From: a virus | Taxonomy: Duplodnaviria; Heunggongvirae; Uroviricota; Caudoviricetes | Reading direction: 5' to 3' (one strand) | Length of the DNA: 34,002 nt | Virus record (IMG/VR): IMGVR_UViG_2623620506_000009 | Span: 1 to 34,002 of that record | In this document: piece by piece, positions 1 to 8,850 of the stretch | Numbering within the stretch: the stretch's first letter is position 1 | Layout: each line of letters opens with the position of its first letter | Notes under the pieces: generated by a model | What the model was told of the DNA's origin: nothing | Database searches by the model: none | Seen by the model: only the letters and a program-made list of their open reading frames with translations | Made by a program: the position numbers and the translations under genes

Positions 1-726
1 TCACTTCGGGTATGGCTGAACCCTGAACAGCTTGGTGTTTAGGCGCTTTTTTGCGCGCTTATTCAGGAATCTGATGTAGCGATACTGATTAAATTTGTGT
101 ACCACGGCCCGCTCCTTATTAGCCCGTAAATACACACCTCGTTGCCCTCCGCGCTTAATCGCGTTCATCGCTATCTCGTGATACCACTCGCCGTCCAGTT
201 CGTAGAACGTGCTTTCGTGGCTGCCTATAAAATCAAAATTCGACGCCTGATATACCACGCCAGCACGTCCGCAGCGTTCATCTGCAAAGGACTGAACCCA
301 CTCCACTGACGGGTACAGTAACCTGATGGTTTTCAGCGCGTAGCTGATGGCCCGTGATTCAGAATTGCGGGGCATGTCGTCGTGTAACCACATGCGGTTC
401 AGTTCCATATAGCTCCGGTTATCCGTTTCCAGCACAACACGACGCCCTGAGTTGGGGTTAAGGGCATATCCCCACTGAAGAACGCCAACCAGGTCACGTC
501 CGCTGAATACGCCCAGATGCAGGTAGGAGTTATTCACAAAACGGCGGGAATAGTGTTTTGTCTGAATGATTGTGCGGGCCAGCCAGCAGGATATGGTTTC
601 AACGCGCAGCTCCTTTGAACCATAGCCAACAATCCGGCCTTCATACTCAATAACGCAGGGTTTTGTCAGAATGCGTGATTTCTTCTCTTTTCCCACAATA
701 CAGCTCCGTGGGATGCTCTTTGGCAT
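1..726 (-). CDS. mom: DNA modification protein Mom (adenine modification, anti-restriction)
   Basis: ATG at 726 (track ORF starts 4 codons upstream at 738); translation [30 protein letters not shown]... matches recalled Mu Mom along its length; stop TGA at 3..1; preceded by overlapping com. Confidence 0.9.
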   Translation of the reverse strand: MPKSIPRSCIVGKEKKSRILTKPCVIEYEGRIVGYGSKELRVETISCWLARTIIQTKHYSRRFVNNSYLHLGVFSGRDLVGVLQWGYALNPNSGRRVVLETDNRSYMELNRMWLHDDMPRNSESRAISYALKTIRLLYPSVEWVQSFADERCGRAGVVYQASNFDFIGSHESTFYELDGEWYHEIAMNAIKRGGQRGVYLRANKERAVVHKFNQYRYIRFLNKRAKKRLNTKLFRVQPYPK

Positions 727-832
727 TCGATATGACAATGTAACGTTTACAGCGAGGGCATTTAATTTCTATATGCTTAAAACCTCCTTTAAACAGTAAT
801 TTATTGCAGTTTTTACAGCGAACAGAGTCCAT
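647..832 (-). CDS. com: Com, zinc-finger translational activator of mom
   Basis: ATG at 832 gives 61 aa [15 protein letters not shown]...IKCPRCKR...THSD: CxxC...CxxC zinc finger very similar to recalled Mu Com; its 3' end overlaps the mom start by about 80 nt as in Mu. Confidence 0.85.
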   Translation of the reverse strand: MDSVRCKNCNKLLFKGGFKHIEIKCPRCKRYIVISNAKEHPTELYCGKREEITHSDKTLRY

Positions 833-859
833 GATTCCCCCTGTGTAATAACCAAACAT

Positions 860-955
860 AATCGCCCGGAGGGCTGGGGGTATTTAATCACAATCGATGC
901 AAACCGACGATCGATATGATGTTATCGATCGTCATAAACTATACATACTGATTAT
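860..955 (-). promoter_or_regulatory. mom operon control region with ATCGAT/GATC repeats (candidate Dam-methylation-sensitive promoter region)
   Basis: Noncoding gap upstream of com. Three ATCGAT hexamers at 893-898, 910-915, 924-929; two of them contain GATC (909-912, 927-930). Mu Pmom is known to be controlled by Dam methylation of upstream GATC sites. Confidence 0.45.
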
Positions 956-1522
956 TTAATCACCGACAGTTAACGCTCTCACCTCGTCCAATATGGACAG
1001 CCGGGAAAGCTGCTCCTTCATTTCACGCTGGCGCTGATAAATCTCGTCATTGCGATCGACCTGTGCCTGTGCCATTGCTGCTGCCAGTTCTTCCAGTTCC
1101 GGCATCGACAGTTTCACCTGTTGATTATCAGCGTCACCCCACGTCATCTCGTTCCGTGCCGTATCGGATTTCGCCGCCATTACTACCGGATAAAGGCGAG
1201 CCAGTGAGCCGGGGCCAGCGTTCCAGGTACGACCGTTCCATTCGAACGTAAATGGCTGCGCTTCCTGTTCTGCGCGCCATGTCTCTATTTCCCGTTTTTT
1301 GGCATCCTTCGCCGCGGCGATAAGTTCAGGCGTAATGGTGAACGGGGCGATTTCGCCCCATTTGCCACTTTGCAGCTCCTGCCAGATGCGCTGGCCTGTT
1401 TCGGCTGTATCTTCTGCCGTGGCTGTGTAGGGGATAGGGGTATCCATCCCTTCAAACAAAACTTCGCAGTCAATTACGCCGCTCTCGAGATAGCGGGGTT
1501 TTTTGATTTCCTGAATATTCAT
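956..1522 (-). CDS. putative tail fiber assembly/chaperone protein partnered with the Stf-like fiber
   Basis: ATG at 1522 (MNIQEIKKPRY...), 10 nt after the fiber stop with GAGGGA SD overlapping that stop; 188 aa; position and size fit a fiber chaperone; family assignment by eye is weak. Confidence 0.55.
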   Translation of the reverse strand: MNIQEIKKPRYLESGVIDCEVLFEGMDTPIPYTATAEDTAETGQRIWQELQSGKWGEIAPFTITPELIAAAKDAKKREIETWRAEQEAQPFTFEWNGRTWNAGPGSLARLYPVVMAAKSDTARNEMTWGDADNQQVKLSMPELEELAAAMAQAQVDRNDEIYQRQREMKEQLSRLSILDEVRALTVGD

Positions 1523-1532
1523 TTGCAGTCCC

Positions 1533-3824
1533 TCATGCAGCTCTGACAAACAGACCGACCAGTGCGCTGTCACCACGAACGCTACCCGCTGCTCCGTTTA
1601 GTGCAATGTAAGCGCCTGGTAAACTCCATTGCCGACATCCTCTTGTCGTTATTAAAGGCGTTGCTGTGGCAACATTTTCCCTGTCACTTGGAATTGCAAT
1701 GGACAGTGGCGTCAGAGACGCCCCCGGGTAGGCATAACCGCGTGTCATGCTGATATTGGTGTCTCCGTCAGCGGTCCCCTGGTATGCAGCCAGAATCAGT
1801 CCACCGACGTCCGGGTTTCCAATACTTGTTGGAGCAACGCGTGAAGACAAGACGTCAGCAAAATCGACGCCTGTTAAATTCAGCTTTCCCCACTCAGGAA
1901 GCGGGCTGCCAGAGCATCGGGTATGATAAACCTCTCCGTTAACACCATAAAAAGTGACCACTTTAGTCTTGCTATCAGGACTGGCATTGCTGGCAACTGT
2001 ACCGGGGATTTTGATATCAACTATCCCCGTAAAAACAACACCTTTAATAATTGGGTTATACCTGTTAACACCGCCGTATTGAACCACCGCGTATCGACCT
2101 GGATTGGTGCTTTTTACCCATTCTACAAACTCTGTTGGCCCGTTTTCGGAACTAAACGATTTTTCTGAGCGGAAGATAGCTCCGTATCCGAATGCACCGG
2201 GTATTGCTAGGCGGCCTTCGGTACGGTCGTAAATATCCTCCTGCACATCCTTTTGTGCTGCACTGCCCAGCTGTGGCGTCAGATTCGTCCATGTAACCGG
2301 AGCGTAGATATCATCGCCACGAATAGTCATGAGTATCCGCCCGTCTTTTCCAAAAAACAGAACCAGCTTTGTTGCTGTCTGGCTGGTTTTGTCGCCCCAG
2401 TTGTTATCCAGCCAGATAATTTCTGTTATCCCGGTTGTTTCTTCAGTTTGTGTGGAAAAGGTGTAATAGCGTCCCGGACGTTTGTTATGGGTAGCTCTGG
2501 CTACAGTTGTCATGTCGCTGGCGACAATTGAATTACCTCCGGATTTCGTCATTCCATAACCATATGCACCAGGAAGTGCAACACAACCTTCGGTATCGTC
2601 ATAAAGCCATTGCTGGACATCCCTCGTGGCTGCGCTTTTCAGTTCGAGTTCATTGCGCATGGAATCCGCTGTGGTCTGTGCCAGCAGTGAACGGGCTTTT
2701 TCCGACAGAGGAGACAGTGAAACATTCCCGTCCTGATTAAAGCACAGAAGATTATCCGCCCGTTCTTCCAGATTGCTGATTGTCGTTAATACGTCACTGA
2801 GTGGTTGTTTACCCGCCAGCGCGTTAGTGACAGTTGTCGCAAAGTTCGGGTCATTACCCAGCGCCGCTGCCAGCTCGTTCAGCGTGTCCAGGGCTTCCGG
2901 CGACGAGTCAACCAGTGCGGCGAGCAGTTTGCGGACAAATGCCGCGTTCGCGGTTTCCAGACCGACTGCATCGTCCGGTGGGGTTGGTGTGGTTGGCGTG
3001 CCGGTGAACGCCGGGCTGTCCAGTGGCGCTTTTGTTTTCGTCTCGTCCATGACGGTTTTGACAGCCTTTGGTGTGGCTGCCAGTTCTTCGCTGTCGTTGT
3101 CTGTATCACTACAGAGTTGCACCAGGCCTTTTTCTGTCGTGGAAGCATTGCTTCCCTTCAGGTCATCAACTATCCGTTGCGCCTCGTCCTTGTGCTCTTT
3201 CGCGTTCTGCTCGCTTTTGGCAGCCGCTTCGGCGCTGGCTTTTGCCTCGCCGGTCAGCGTTGCGGCATCAGCAAGTTTATCGACCGCTTTCTGGACTATC
3301 TTATCGGCATCTTTGACCGCCTGTTCTGCCCGGGCGGCATTCTGGTTTGTTTCAGAGGCCAGCTTTTCAGCTTTCTGCACATTACTCGCAATTTCTTCTG
3401 CATCCTGCTGTATTTCCCCGGCGAGCGTTTCTGTATCCTGACGGGCCTGTTCAGCAGCGGTGGCATGCTCTCCTGCTTTTTCTGCGCTTTGCTGCGCCTG
3501 TTGCGCCAGCTCTTCGAATTTCTTCAGGGCTTCCGGGCGCAGGTCAATATCGGTTGCGCCCAGAAAATCATTCAGCGAACCGTCCGCTGAATCTTCATAA
3601 ACGCGGATGACACCGATTTCTGAAAGGCGCTGTGTGCTTTGTGTCAGGCGAACGCTGTACACACCCGGCAGAACAGGGAAGTCATATTCCCCGTTCTGTG
3701 TGGTGACATGGCTGAAAACACTTTTCAGAATCCCTGCACGGTTGTGCAGGGAGGTCAGTGTAATGGTTGCGCCGCCCAGCGGTTCTCCCGTGGGCGTTTT
3801 AATCACACCTTTAAGCTGCGGCAT
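1533..3824 (-). CDS. side tail fiber protein, lambda Stf-like (763 aa)
   Basis: N-terminus MPQLKGVIKTPTGEPLGG...VYEDSADGSLNDFL parallels lambda Stf N-terminus; Ala/Glu-rich coiled coil; conserved block ELAATPKAVKTVMDETKTKAPLDSPAFTGTPTTP and SPEALDTLNELAAALGNDPNFATTVTNALAGKQP shared with lambda Stf and P2 H; distinct C-terminal region with three [LI]PGA[YF] repeats. Confidence 0.85.
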   Translation of the reverse strand: MPQLKGVIKTPTGEPLGGATITLTSLHNRAGILKSVFSHVTTQNGEYDFPVLPGVYSVRLTQSTQRLSEIGVIRVYEDSADGSLNDFLGATDIDLRPEALKKFEELAQQAQQSAEKAGEHATAAEQARQDTETLAGEIQQDAEEIASNVQKAEKLASETNQNAARAEQAVKDADKIVQKAVDKLADAATLTGEAKASAEAAAKSEQNAKEHKDEAQRIVDDLKGSNASTTEKGLVQLCSDTDNDSEELAATPKAVKTVMDETKTKAPLDSPAFTGTPTTPTPPDDAVGLETANAAFVRKLLAALVDSSPEALDTLNELAAALGNDPNFATTVTNALAGKQPLSDVLTTISNLEERADNLLCFNQDGNVSLSPLSEKARSLLAQTTADSMRNELELKSAATRDVQQWLYDDTEGCVALPGAYGYGMTKSGGNSIVASDMTTVARATHNKRPGRYYTFSTQTEETTGITEIIWLDNNWGDKTSQTATKLVLFFGKDGRILMTIRGDDIYAPVTWTNLTPQLGSAAQKDVQEDIYDRTEGRLAIPGAFGYGAIFRSEKSFSSENGPTEFVEWVKSTNPGRYAVVQYGGVNRYNPIIKGVVFTGIVDIKIPGTVASNASPDSKTKVVTFYGVNGEVYHTRCSGSPLPEWGKLNLTGVDFADVLSSRVAPTSIGNPDVGGLILAAYQGTADGDTNISMTRGYAYPGASLTPLSIAIPSDRENVATATPLITTRGCRQWSLPGAYIALNGAAGSVRGDSALVGLFVRAA

Positions 3825-4341
3825 CGGGACGCTCCGGCCAGTTGATGGAGTAAAAGGAGGCTTCGTCAGTAACGGTGCTTAAATCCAGTGCCTTTACCGC
3901 TTTGATATATGCCATCCACTGCGTAAGACGGGCTTTATCATCGTCGCTGATGGTGCCCAGCTCCAGCTCGGTTTTCCAGTCGGAGGTGATGTCCTTCGCT
4001 TCATTCAGCATGCTCTGGCGTTTTTTTTCTGCCAGTCGCGAGTAATCAACAGGAACCGGCAGCACTTCGCCGTCTTTGTAATACCAGCAGGCTTCAATGC
4101 CAAAACCTTCCGGCAGTTCATCCACTTCCACAATGGTGAAGCCAGCCGGGTAAAGACGGGACACGTCTTCCGCCATTGAATAAATCACGCCGCTTTCAGG
4201 GTGAATACACAATTTGTATTTCTTCGTGAATTTATCCAGTGATTCATAAAAATCCTGTCCGTCTTCACTGCGGAAATACTGAATATCCTTACCATAAGGC
4301 ATATTTTCCGGGTAATAACGCGAAACGTTTCTGAGTTCCAT
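3811..4341 (-). CDS. tail fiber assembly protein (Mu U / P2 G family)
   Basis: ATG at 4341 with AAGGAG SD (track ORF extends to 4377); 176 aa MELRNVSRYYPENMPYG...; C-terminal DDDKARLTQWMAYIKAVKALDLS resembles the conserved tail-fiber-assembly motif; directly follows the fiber gene. Confidence 0.7.
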   Translation of the reverse strand: MELRNVSRYYPENMPYGKDIQYFRSEDGQDFYESLDKFTKKYKLCIHPESGVIYSMAEDVSRLYPAGFTIVEVDELPEGFGIEACWYYKDGEVLPVPVDYSRLAEKKRQSMLNEAKDITSDWKTELELGTISDDDKARLTQWMAYIKAVKALDLSTVTDEASFYSINWPERPDAAA

Positions 4342-4355
4342 TATTTTCTCCTTAA

Positions 4356-5165
4356 TTAACCTGATACGGTGCGCCATGAACCATTGATATAAATCTGCGC
4401 GGATTTGTAATACACACCACCGATGTTATCCGCCGAACTTCTCCCCGTATCCTGGACATAAATTCCTGACAACTGACAGCCGGAAGGCGCGCGAAACGTC
4501 CAGGTGATTTCGTTGCCACCGGGATTGTGAAACACCTCATTGGTGTACTGAAAATTACGCACAGCGCCGGAATCTGTGGTGTTGATGGTGATATCGCTGG
4601 TGCCATCAAACAGCACATTGTTAATCCTGCGGGCCGTCTGAAGCCGGGTTGCCGTTCCGGCGTTGCCACTGATGTTGCTGATGGTGATATCCGAAGACAG
4701 GGCCATGCCGTTGACCCTGCGGGTATTCGGTACAGCACTATTAGCTTTATTTACCGTGTCACGTAATAAAAGCGCGTCGATAATTTCACCGGCTGTGTTT
4801 TTCCCGAGAATACCGCGCACAAAAGCACTGAGCGGCGTTAATGCCATTGTGTCTTCGCCGGTAAAGTACGGGAATGTATTATTCTGACCGGTTAATCCGG
4901 CAATAGCACTGGCTGAACCACTGTTCGTAATAAACAGTTTTTTCAGCGCCGTCATAATCTGGTTGGTGGTATTTTTATCCGGTTTGATATTTGCCTGCCG
5001 GAGAATTTCCAGCAGTTCAGACTGAATAATATTAAACCAGTCCGGCCCCGGATAAGTGGGCGGAATACCATTCCCGCCTTCGGTGAAATAAAGCGTTGTT
5101 TTGCTTAATTCAGCCGCGACAGGTGGCATTACCGGCACACCCGTCGGATTATCCACATGAAACAT
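4356..5165 (-). CDS. tail fiber protein, Mu S-like N-terminus with P2 H-like C-terminal tip (269 aa)
   Basis: MFHVDNPTG...FTEGGNGIPPTYPGPDWFNIIQSELL resembles Mu S N-terminus; NTFPYFTGEDTMALTPL and C-terminal YKSAQIYINGSWRTV resemble P2 H; GGAGA SD before ATG 5165. Confidence 0.75.
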   Translation of the reverse strand: MFHVDNPTGVPVMPPVAAELSKTTLYFTEGGNGIPPTYPGPDWFNIIQSELLEILRQANIKPDKNTTNQIMTALKKLFITNSGSASAIAGLTGQNNTFPYFTGEDTMALTPLSAFVRGILGKNTAGEIIDALLLRDTVNKANSAVPNTRRVNGMALSSDITISNISGNAGTATRLQTARRINNVLFDGTSDITINTTDSGAVRNFQYTNEVFHNPGGNEITWTFRAPSGCQLSGIYVQDTGRSSADNIGGVYYKSAQIYINGSWRTVSG

Positions 5166-5168
5166 AAA

Positions 5169-5753
5169 TTATTCTCCGGTGTAATAATATTCATATTCCG
5201 TGCCCGCCAGTCGGTAATGCTTCAGCAGGCATTCCAGCTCGCGGGTGCGTTCGCTGATTAATGGCGTCATGACGTCATCAATACAGGTAAACCGTCCGGC
5301 ATCTTTGTCCGGGACTTCCACTTTCAGCAGCCAGCGATACCGCGCCGGATGCAGCGGGTACATGCAGTCACGCAGGCAGTGGTGCGGCAGAACGGCCGTC
5401 ACCTTAATGGTGAAGCCCAGCGCCGCCGCAGCGGCTTCAATCTGCCAGGTTGCCAGCCCACCCTTGCGGCGGTATTTCTCCACCACGGCCCGGCGGCGGG
5501 CTTCCGTTGTGGTGGCGGCAATTCCGCATTCCGGCAGCGCCAGATATTGCTCCCACTCCGGCAGCAGCTGGAGCGTGGTTTCCGGTCGCATCTCCACATG
5601 CAGGCGCGAGGCGTCGTATTCAACGCGGGTTAAACGCTCTGCAAGCGCCCTTAAAAAACGGTTTAAATCTGCATCGTTATCACGCGGCCATGCCTTACCC
5701 CGTGGCATGACCTGTTGCAGTGCGGTCAGCCATTCCGTCACGCTGTGAGCCAT
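5169..5753 (-). CDS. tail/baseplate protein (Mu gp48-like)
   Basis: 194 aa ORF, ATG at 5753, overlaps upstream gene end; syntenic with Mu gp48 immediately upstream of the tail fiber gene. Confidence 0.65.
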   Translation of the reverse strand: MAHSVTEWLTALQQVMPRGKAWPRDNDADLNRFLRALAERLTRVEYDASRLHVEMRPETTLQLLPEWEQYLALPECGIAATTTEARRRAVVEKYRRKGGLATWQIEAAAAALGFTIKVTAVLPHHCLRDCMYPLHPARYRWLLKVEVPDKDAGRFTCIDDVMTPLISERTRELECLLKHYRLAGTEYEYYYTGE

Positions 5754-6814
5754 GTCACCTCCCCGATGGTGATAAGCTCATCCACATCACTGGTGGTGTC
5801 TTCCCCGATGTTGAGGAAGTAATCCGTGATACCGGACGTCATACCGATGGCCGTGCGCAGCGAGGACACCGGCAGCATCTGACCGGGGGCCAGCGTTTTC
5901 TGTAATGCGGTCAGGTTTGCCCGGACGGCGTTCCTGTTCGCCTGGCTGTCCGGTGTCAGACGGATGGACAGATCGACTTTCTTCAGCCTGACCTGTACCG
6001 GCCAGACCTCGATGCCGCCCGGTTTGCCCACCATCACGCCCGTGGCCGGGTGTTTGTGACAGAACAGATACTGCTCCATTGTCTTCAGGTCGTCCCGTGT
6101 GGGGATAATGTCTTCACGGTCATCATAAAGCCATGCCAGCCCGACCGTGCCGGGGCCGTGCCACGCATCCCACGCCCACGCGCGGCTGACGCCCGGCACT
6201 TCACGCGCCCAGATGACGTAATCATGTAGTGCACCGCCCACCGGGGGATTGCGGCGCACATACAGCAGACGGTCCAGCAGCTCTGCGATGGATTCGATGT
6301 CTGCGCCACCGGTGATGCCACTTTCAGTCACCGCGCCGGTGCTGCCCGTTCCGGGTAGCGGGGACAACAGAGTGAGCACGGCACCGGCAGCAAGATTGCC
6401 CGCCACACCGGCTTCTTCAGCCTGCACGATGACGGTGACCTCGCCGTCCTGTACCTCGCCGGATGTGAGTACCTGATACACCTGATTCGTGTCGGACTGC
6501 ATCCGGGTTTCTGCCGGAATGGGGGACTGACTGGTGAAGGTCACCGGCCCGCTGGCAAAGGTGGCCTGCTTGCGGATAACCCCTTCATACGTTGCTGTTT
6601 TGATAATGGTTTCATCATCAGACGTGGTGGACGGGATTATCTGGTCCTTAATCCAGCTCTGATGGTCGTATAAATCCCGGACCTGACTGCTGAATGACAC
6701 GTTCAGCGCCTGCTCAATACTGACAGGCGGCAGCTTTTGCAGGCCGAGTTCATACGCAATATCTTTTTCGCCGTCGGCAATCAGTTTGCCCAGCGTGGGG
6801 ATTTCATACGGCAT
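5738..6814 (-). CDS. baseplate J-like protein (Mu gp47-like)
   Basis: ATG at 6814 with GGGAGG SD (track start 6847 is TTG); 358 aa; size and position match the baseplate J family. Confidence 0.75.
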   Translation of the reverse strand: MPYEIPTLGKLIADGEKDIAYELGLQKLPPVSIEQALNVSFSSQVRDLYDHQSWIKDQIIPSTTSDDETIIKTATYEGVIRKQATFASGPVTFTSQSPIPAETRMQSDTNQVYQVLTSGEVQDGEVTVIVQAEEAGVAGNLAAGAVLTLLSPLPGTGSTGAVTESGITGGADIESIAELLDRLLYVRRNPPVGGALHDYVIWAREVPGVSRAWAWDAWHGPGTVGLAWLYDDREDIIPTRDDLKTMEQYLFCHKHPATGVMVGKPGGIEVWPVQVRLKKVDLSIRLTPDSQANRNAVRANLTALQKTLAPGQMLPVSSLRTAIGMTSGITDYFLNIGEDTTSDVDELITIGEVTWLTA

Positions 6815-7256
6815 TAATGGTGGCCTCCCATCGGCGGGTGATTTCAATTGTGAGCGTGGTTTTGTCCGGGCGGGTTAACACCACCTGAAAGGCAATACGG
6901 TCAGGGACGATGATGCTGGCCGTGACGGTGGCGTTACGGGCGTAACCGGCCCGCAGCAGCGGTTGCATGGACAGCCGCGCGTAATCTTCCACACGCAGGC
7001 GGACATCTTCCGTCAGCTTTTCACGCTCAAGCAGCCACAGGCGGGAACCCCACGAAAAATCGCTGTACGTGTCGCCCGGCCAGCCGCGCGGGTCGCCAGA
7101 GCCGTCAGGAATGACATCATCGTCATCAGCACGGGCATCGGTGAAAAGGCAGATAAGAACCTGAGTGACCAGCCCCTCATCCAGTGAGAGGCCGTTATGG
7201 GTGACGGTGATGTCACCCCGTGAGAGCATGTTATTCCAGCGGATTCCTGTCGTCAT
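6804..7256 (-). CDS. baseplate protein (Mu gp46-like)
   Basis: 150 aa ORF; ATGA start/stop overlap with upstream gene; synteny. Confidence 0.65.
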   Translation of the reverse strand: MTTGIRWNNMLSRGDITVTHNGLSLDEGLVTQVLICLFTDARADDDDVIPDGSGDPRGWPGDTYSDFSWGSRLWLLEREKLTEDVRLRVEDYARLSMQPLLRAGYARNATVTASIIVPDRIAFQVVLTRPDKTTLTIEITRRWEATINAV

Positions 7257-7789
7257 ACGGGCGGTGATGTATTCTCATTGTCGCCGTCCTTATGAATGTG
7301 TTCGATGAATGATTTACCGTTGATTCTGACATCTTCAGTAAATTCACAGGGACCGACGAATTTCATTTGTTTACCGATAATATTCAGCAATTCGTCGGCG
7401 GTGAGATTTACCGTTTTCCCTGAAAAGTTTAATTGTTCTCCTGTGATTTCAATAATTCCGCCTTTCCTTAACGTGATATGTGATTTGCCGTCCTGGTGAT
7501 ACAGCCGGACGTCGCCGGTGGACAAGCCTTTAGGGCGACATCGCTTATCCTCCACCGCGATGGCAACCAGCCCGTCACGCCGTCCGCCCACGGCCAGCAC
7601 GATGGCTTCTGAACCTTCTGGCGGAACGGAAGTAAACCCGTAATTCTGGAAGCGTTCCACATCGTCATCAGTGGCATCTGCCAGCGTCTGGATTTGCAGG
7701 TTCTGCCGCTCCAGACTGTCAGACACCATGCGGACAATGGCACGGTCAACCATCAGCCGCAGACGGCGGGCAATGGCGTTTAATCCCAT
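7253..7789 (-). CDS. baseplate assembly/spike protein (Mu gp45-like)
   Basis: 178 aa ORF; position between hub and gp46-like gene; overlapping coupling. Confidence 0.65.
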   Translation of the reverse strand: MGLNAIARRLRLMVDRAIVRMVSDSLERQNLQIQTLADATDDDVERFQNYGFTSVPPEGSEAIVLAVGGRRDGLVAIAVEDKRCRPKGLSTGDVRLYHQDGKSHITLRKGGIIEITGEQLNFSGKTVNLTADELLNIIGKQMKFVGPCEFTEDVRINGKSFIEHIHKDGDNENTSPPV

Positions 7790-8850
7790 GTGGCCACCGC
7801 CTTTGTTTTCTTCGTCTTCGCTTTCATTTCCGGCATGTCCAGTGATTCAGGCGGAACCAGCGCCAGAACCGTCATCCGCCCCTGTGCGCCATCCGTCCAG
7901 GTCACCCCGGATATCAGCCAGGTGGTTTTCAGGTTCTGAATGCTGTCGTCAATATCGACAAGGCGGTTGGTCTGCCACAGCGGGCCGCTGTCGCCCTGTT
8001 CGCGCCAGCCTGCCACCGTGATTTCTGTCGTGCGGGATTCCCCCAGCATCCGGGCTTTGTACCATTCCCCGCGAATGCTGGCACCGCCCACGGTCAGGCT
8101 GTCTTCATTGACCAGAATGCGCGGGCGGTAACGGTTAATTTCCGGGTCTTCGGTGATGTACTGGCGACCACCCACCATCGGGGCAGGCTGGCTGTCCCAC
8201 AGTTTGCCACCGGCACTGGTGGTGCCCTTGATGATGTACTGGCTGTTACGCTCCCGCCAGCTGAAGCGCCCACGGGCGGCGAGGATATTTTTTCCCAGCA
8301 CCAGTGACACGCCTGCGCGAACGGAAGAGGCGCGGGTGATAATCAGGTTACCCGCGCCGTCAGATGTCAGCAGAACGCCGCGCTGTTTTGCCAGCCGGTC
8401 GAGCAGTTCAAACCCCGTTTCACCCTGTTCCAGAACGACGGACGCAAACGCCTCTCCGGTCGGGGTTTCCGTGATGACGGTTATCCCGAACGGGCGGCAG
8501 ACATCAGCCGCCACCTGTTCCAGCCGCACGCCTTTCCATTTCCCGGACGAATGCACCACAGAGCAGTCCACCAGGTCACCGGTTTTGTCGCGCCCCATGA
8601 CACGAATCTCCACGTTATCTGCGTCATAGCTGGGAATAAAATCATCGATATACCCCGTCAGCACGGTATCCGCGCCCAGCCTGACTGTGCAGGGTTGCCC
8701 CTCACGAATCACGCGCGGTGCCGCCGCTGACCAGCGGGTTGTCACACTGAGATCAAACTCACCGGCAATCGCCTTCAGGGAACGGCTAATGGACATTTCC
8801 GTCCAGCCTTCCCACAGTTTGCCGTCAACGGTAAGAATCACGGATTCCAT
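7780..8850 (-). CDS. baseplate hub / tail protein P-like (Mu gp44, late control D family)
   Basis: 356 aa; ATGA overlap with N-like gene; size and synteny downstream of tape measure and N. Confidence 0.8.
   Translation of the reverse strand: MESVILTVDGKLWEGWTEMSISRSLKAIAGEFDLSVTTRWSAAAPRVIREGQPCTVRLGADTVLTGYIDDFIPSYDADNVEIRVMGRDKTGDLVDCSVVHSSGKWKGVRLEQVAADVCRPFGITVITETPTGEAFASVVLEQGETGFELLDRLAKQRGVLLTSDGAGNLIITRASSVRAGVSLVLGKNILAARGRFSWRERNSQYIIKGTTSAGGKLWDSQPAPMVGGRQYITEDPEINRYRPRILVNEDSLTVGGASIRGEWYKARMLGESRTTEITVAGWREQGDSGPLWQTNRLVDIDDSIQNLKTTWLISGVTWTDGAQGRMTVLALVPPESLDMPEMKAKTKKTKAVATWD

Noticed and set aside
956-5165. Searched for a Gin-type invertase and invertible G segment in the tail-fiber region
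   Set aside because: No recombinase-like ORF on either strand and all four fiber/chaperone genes are co-directional; reported as a finding.
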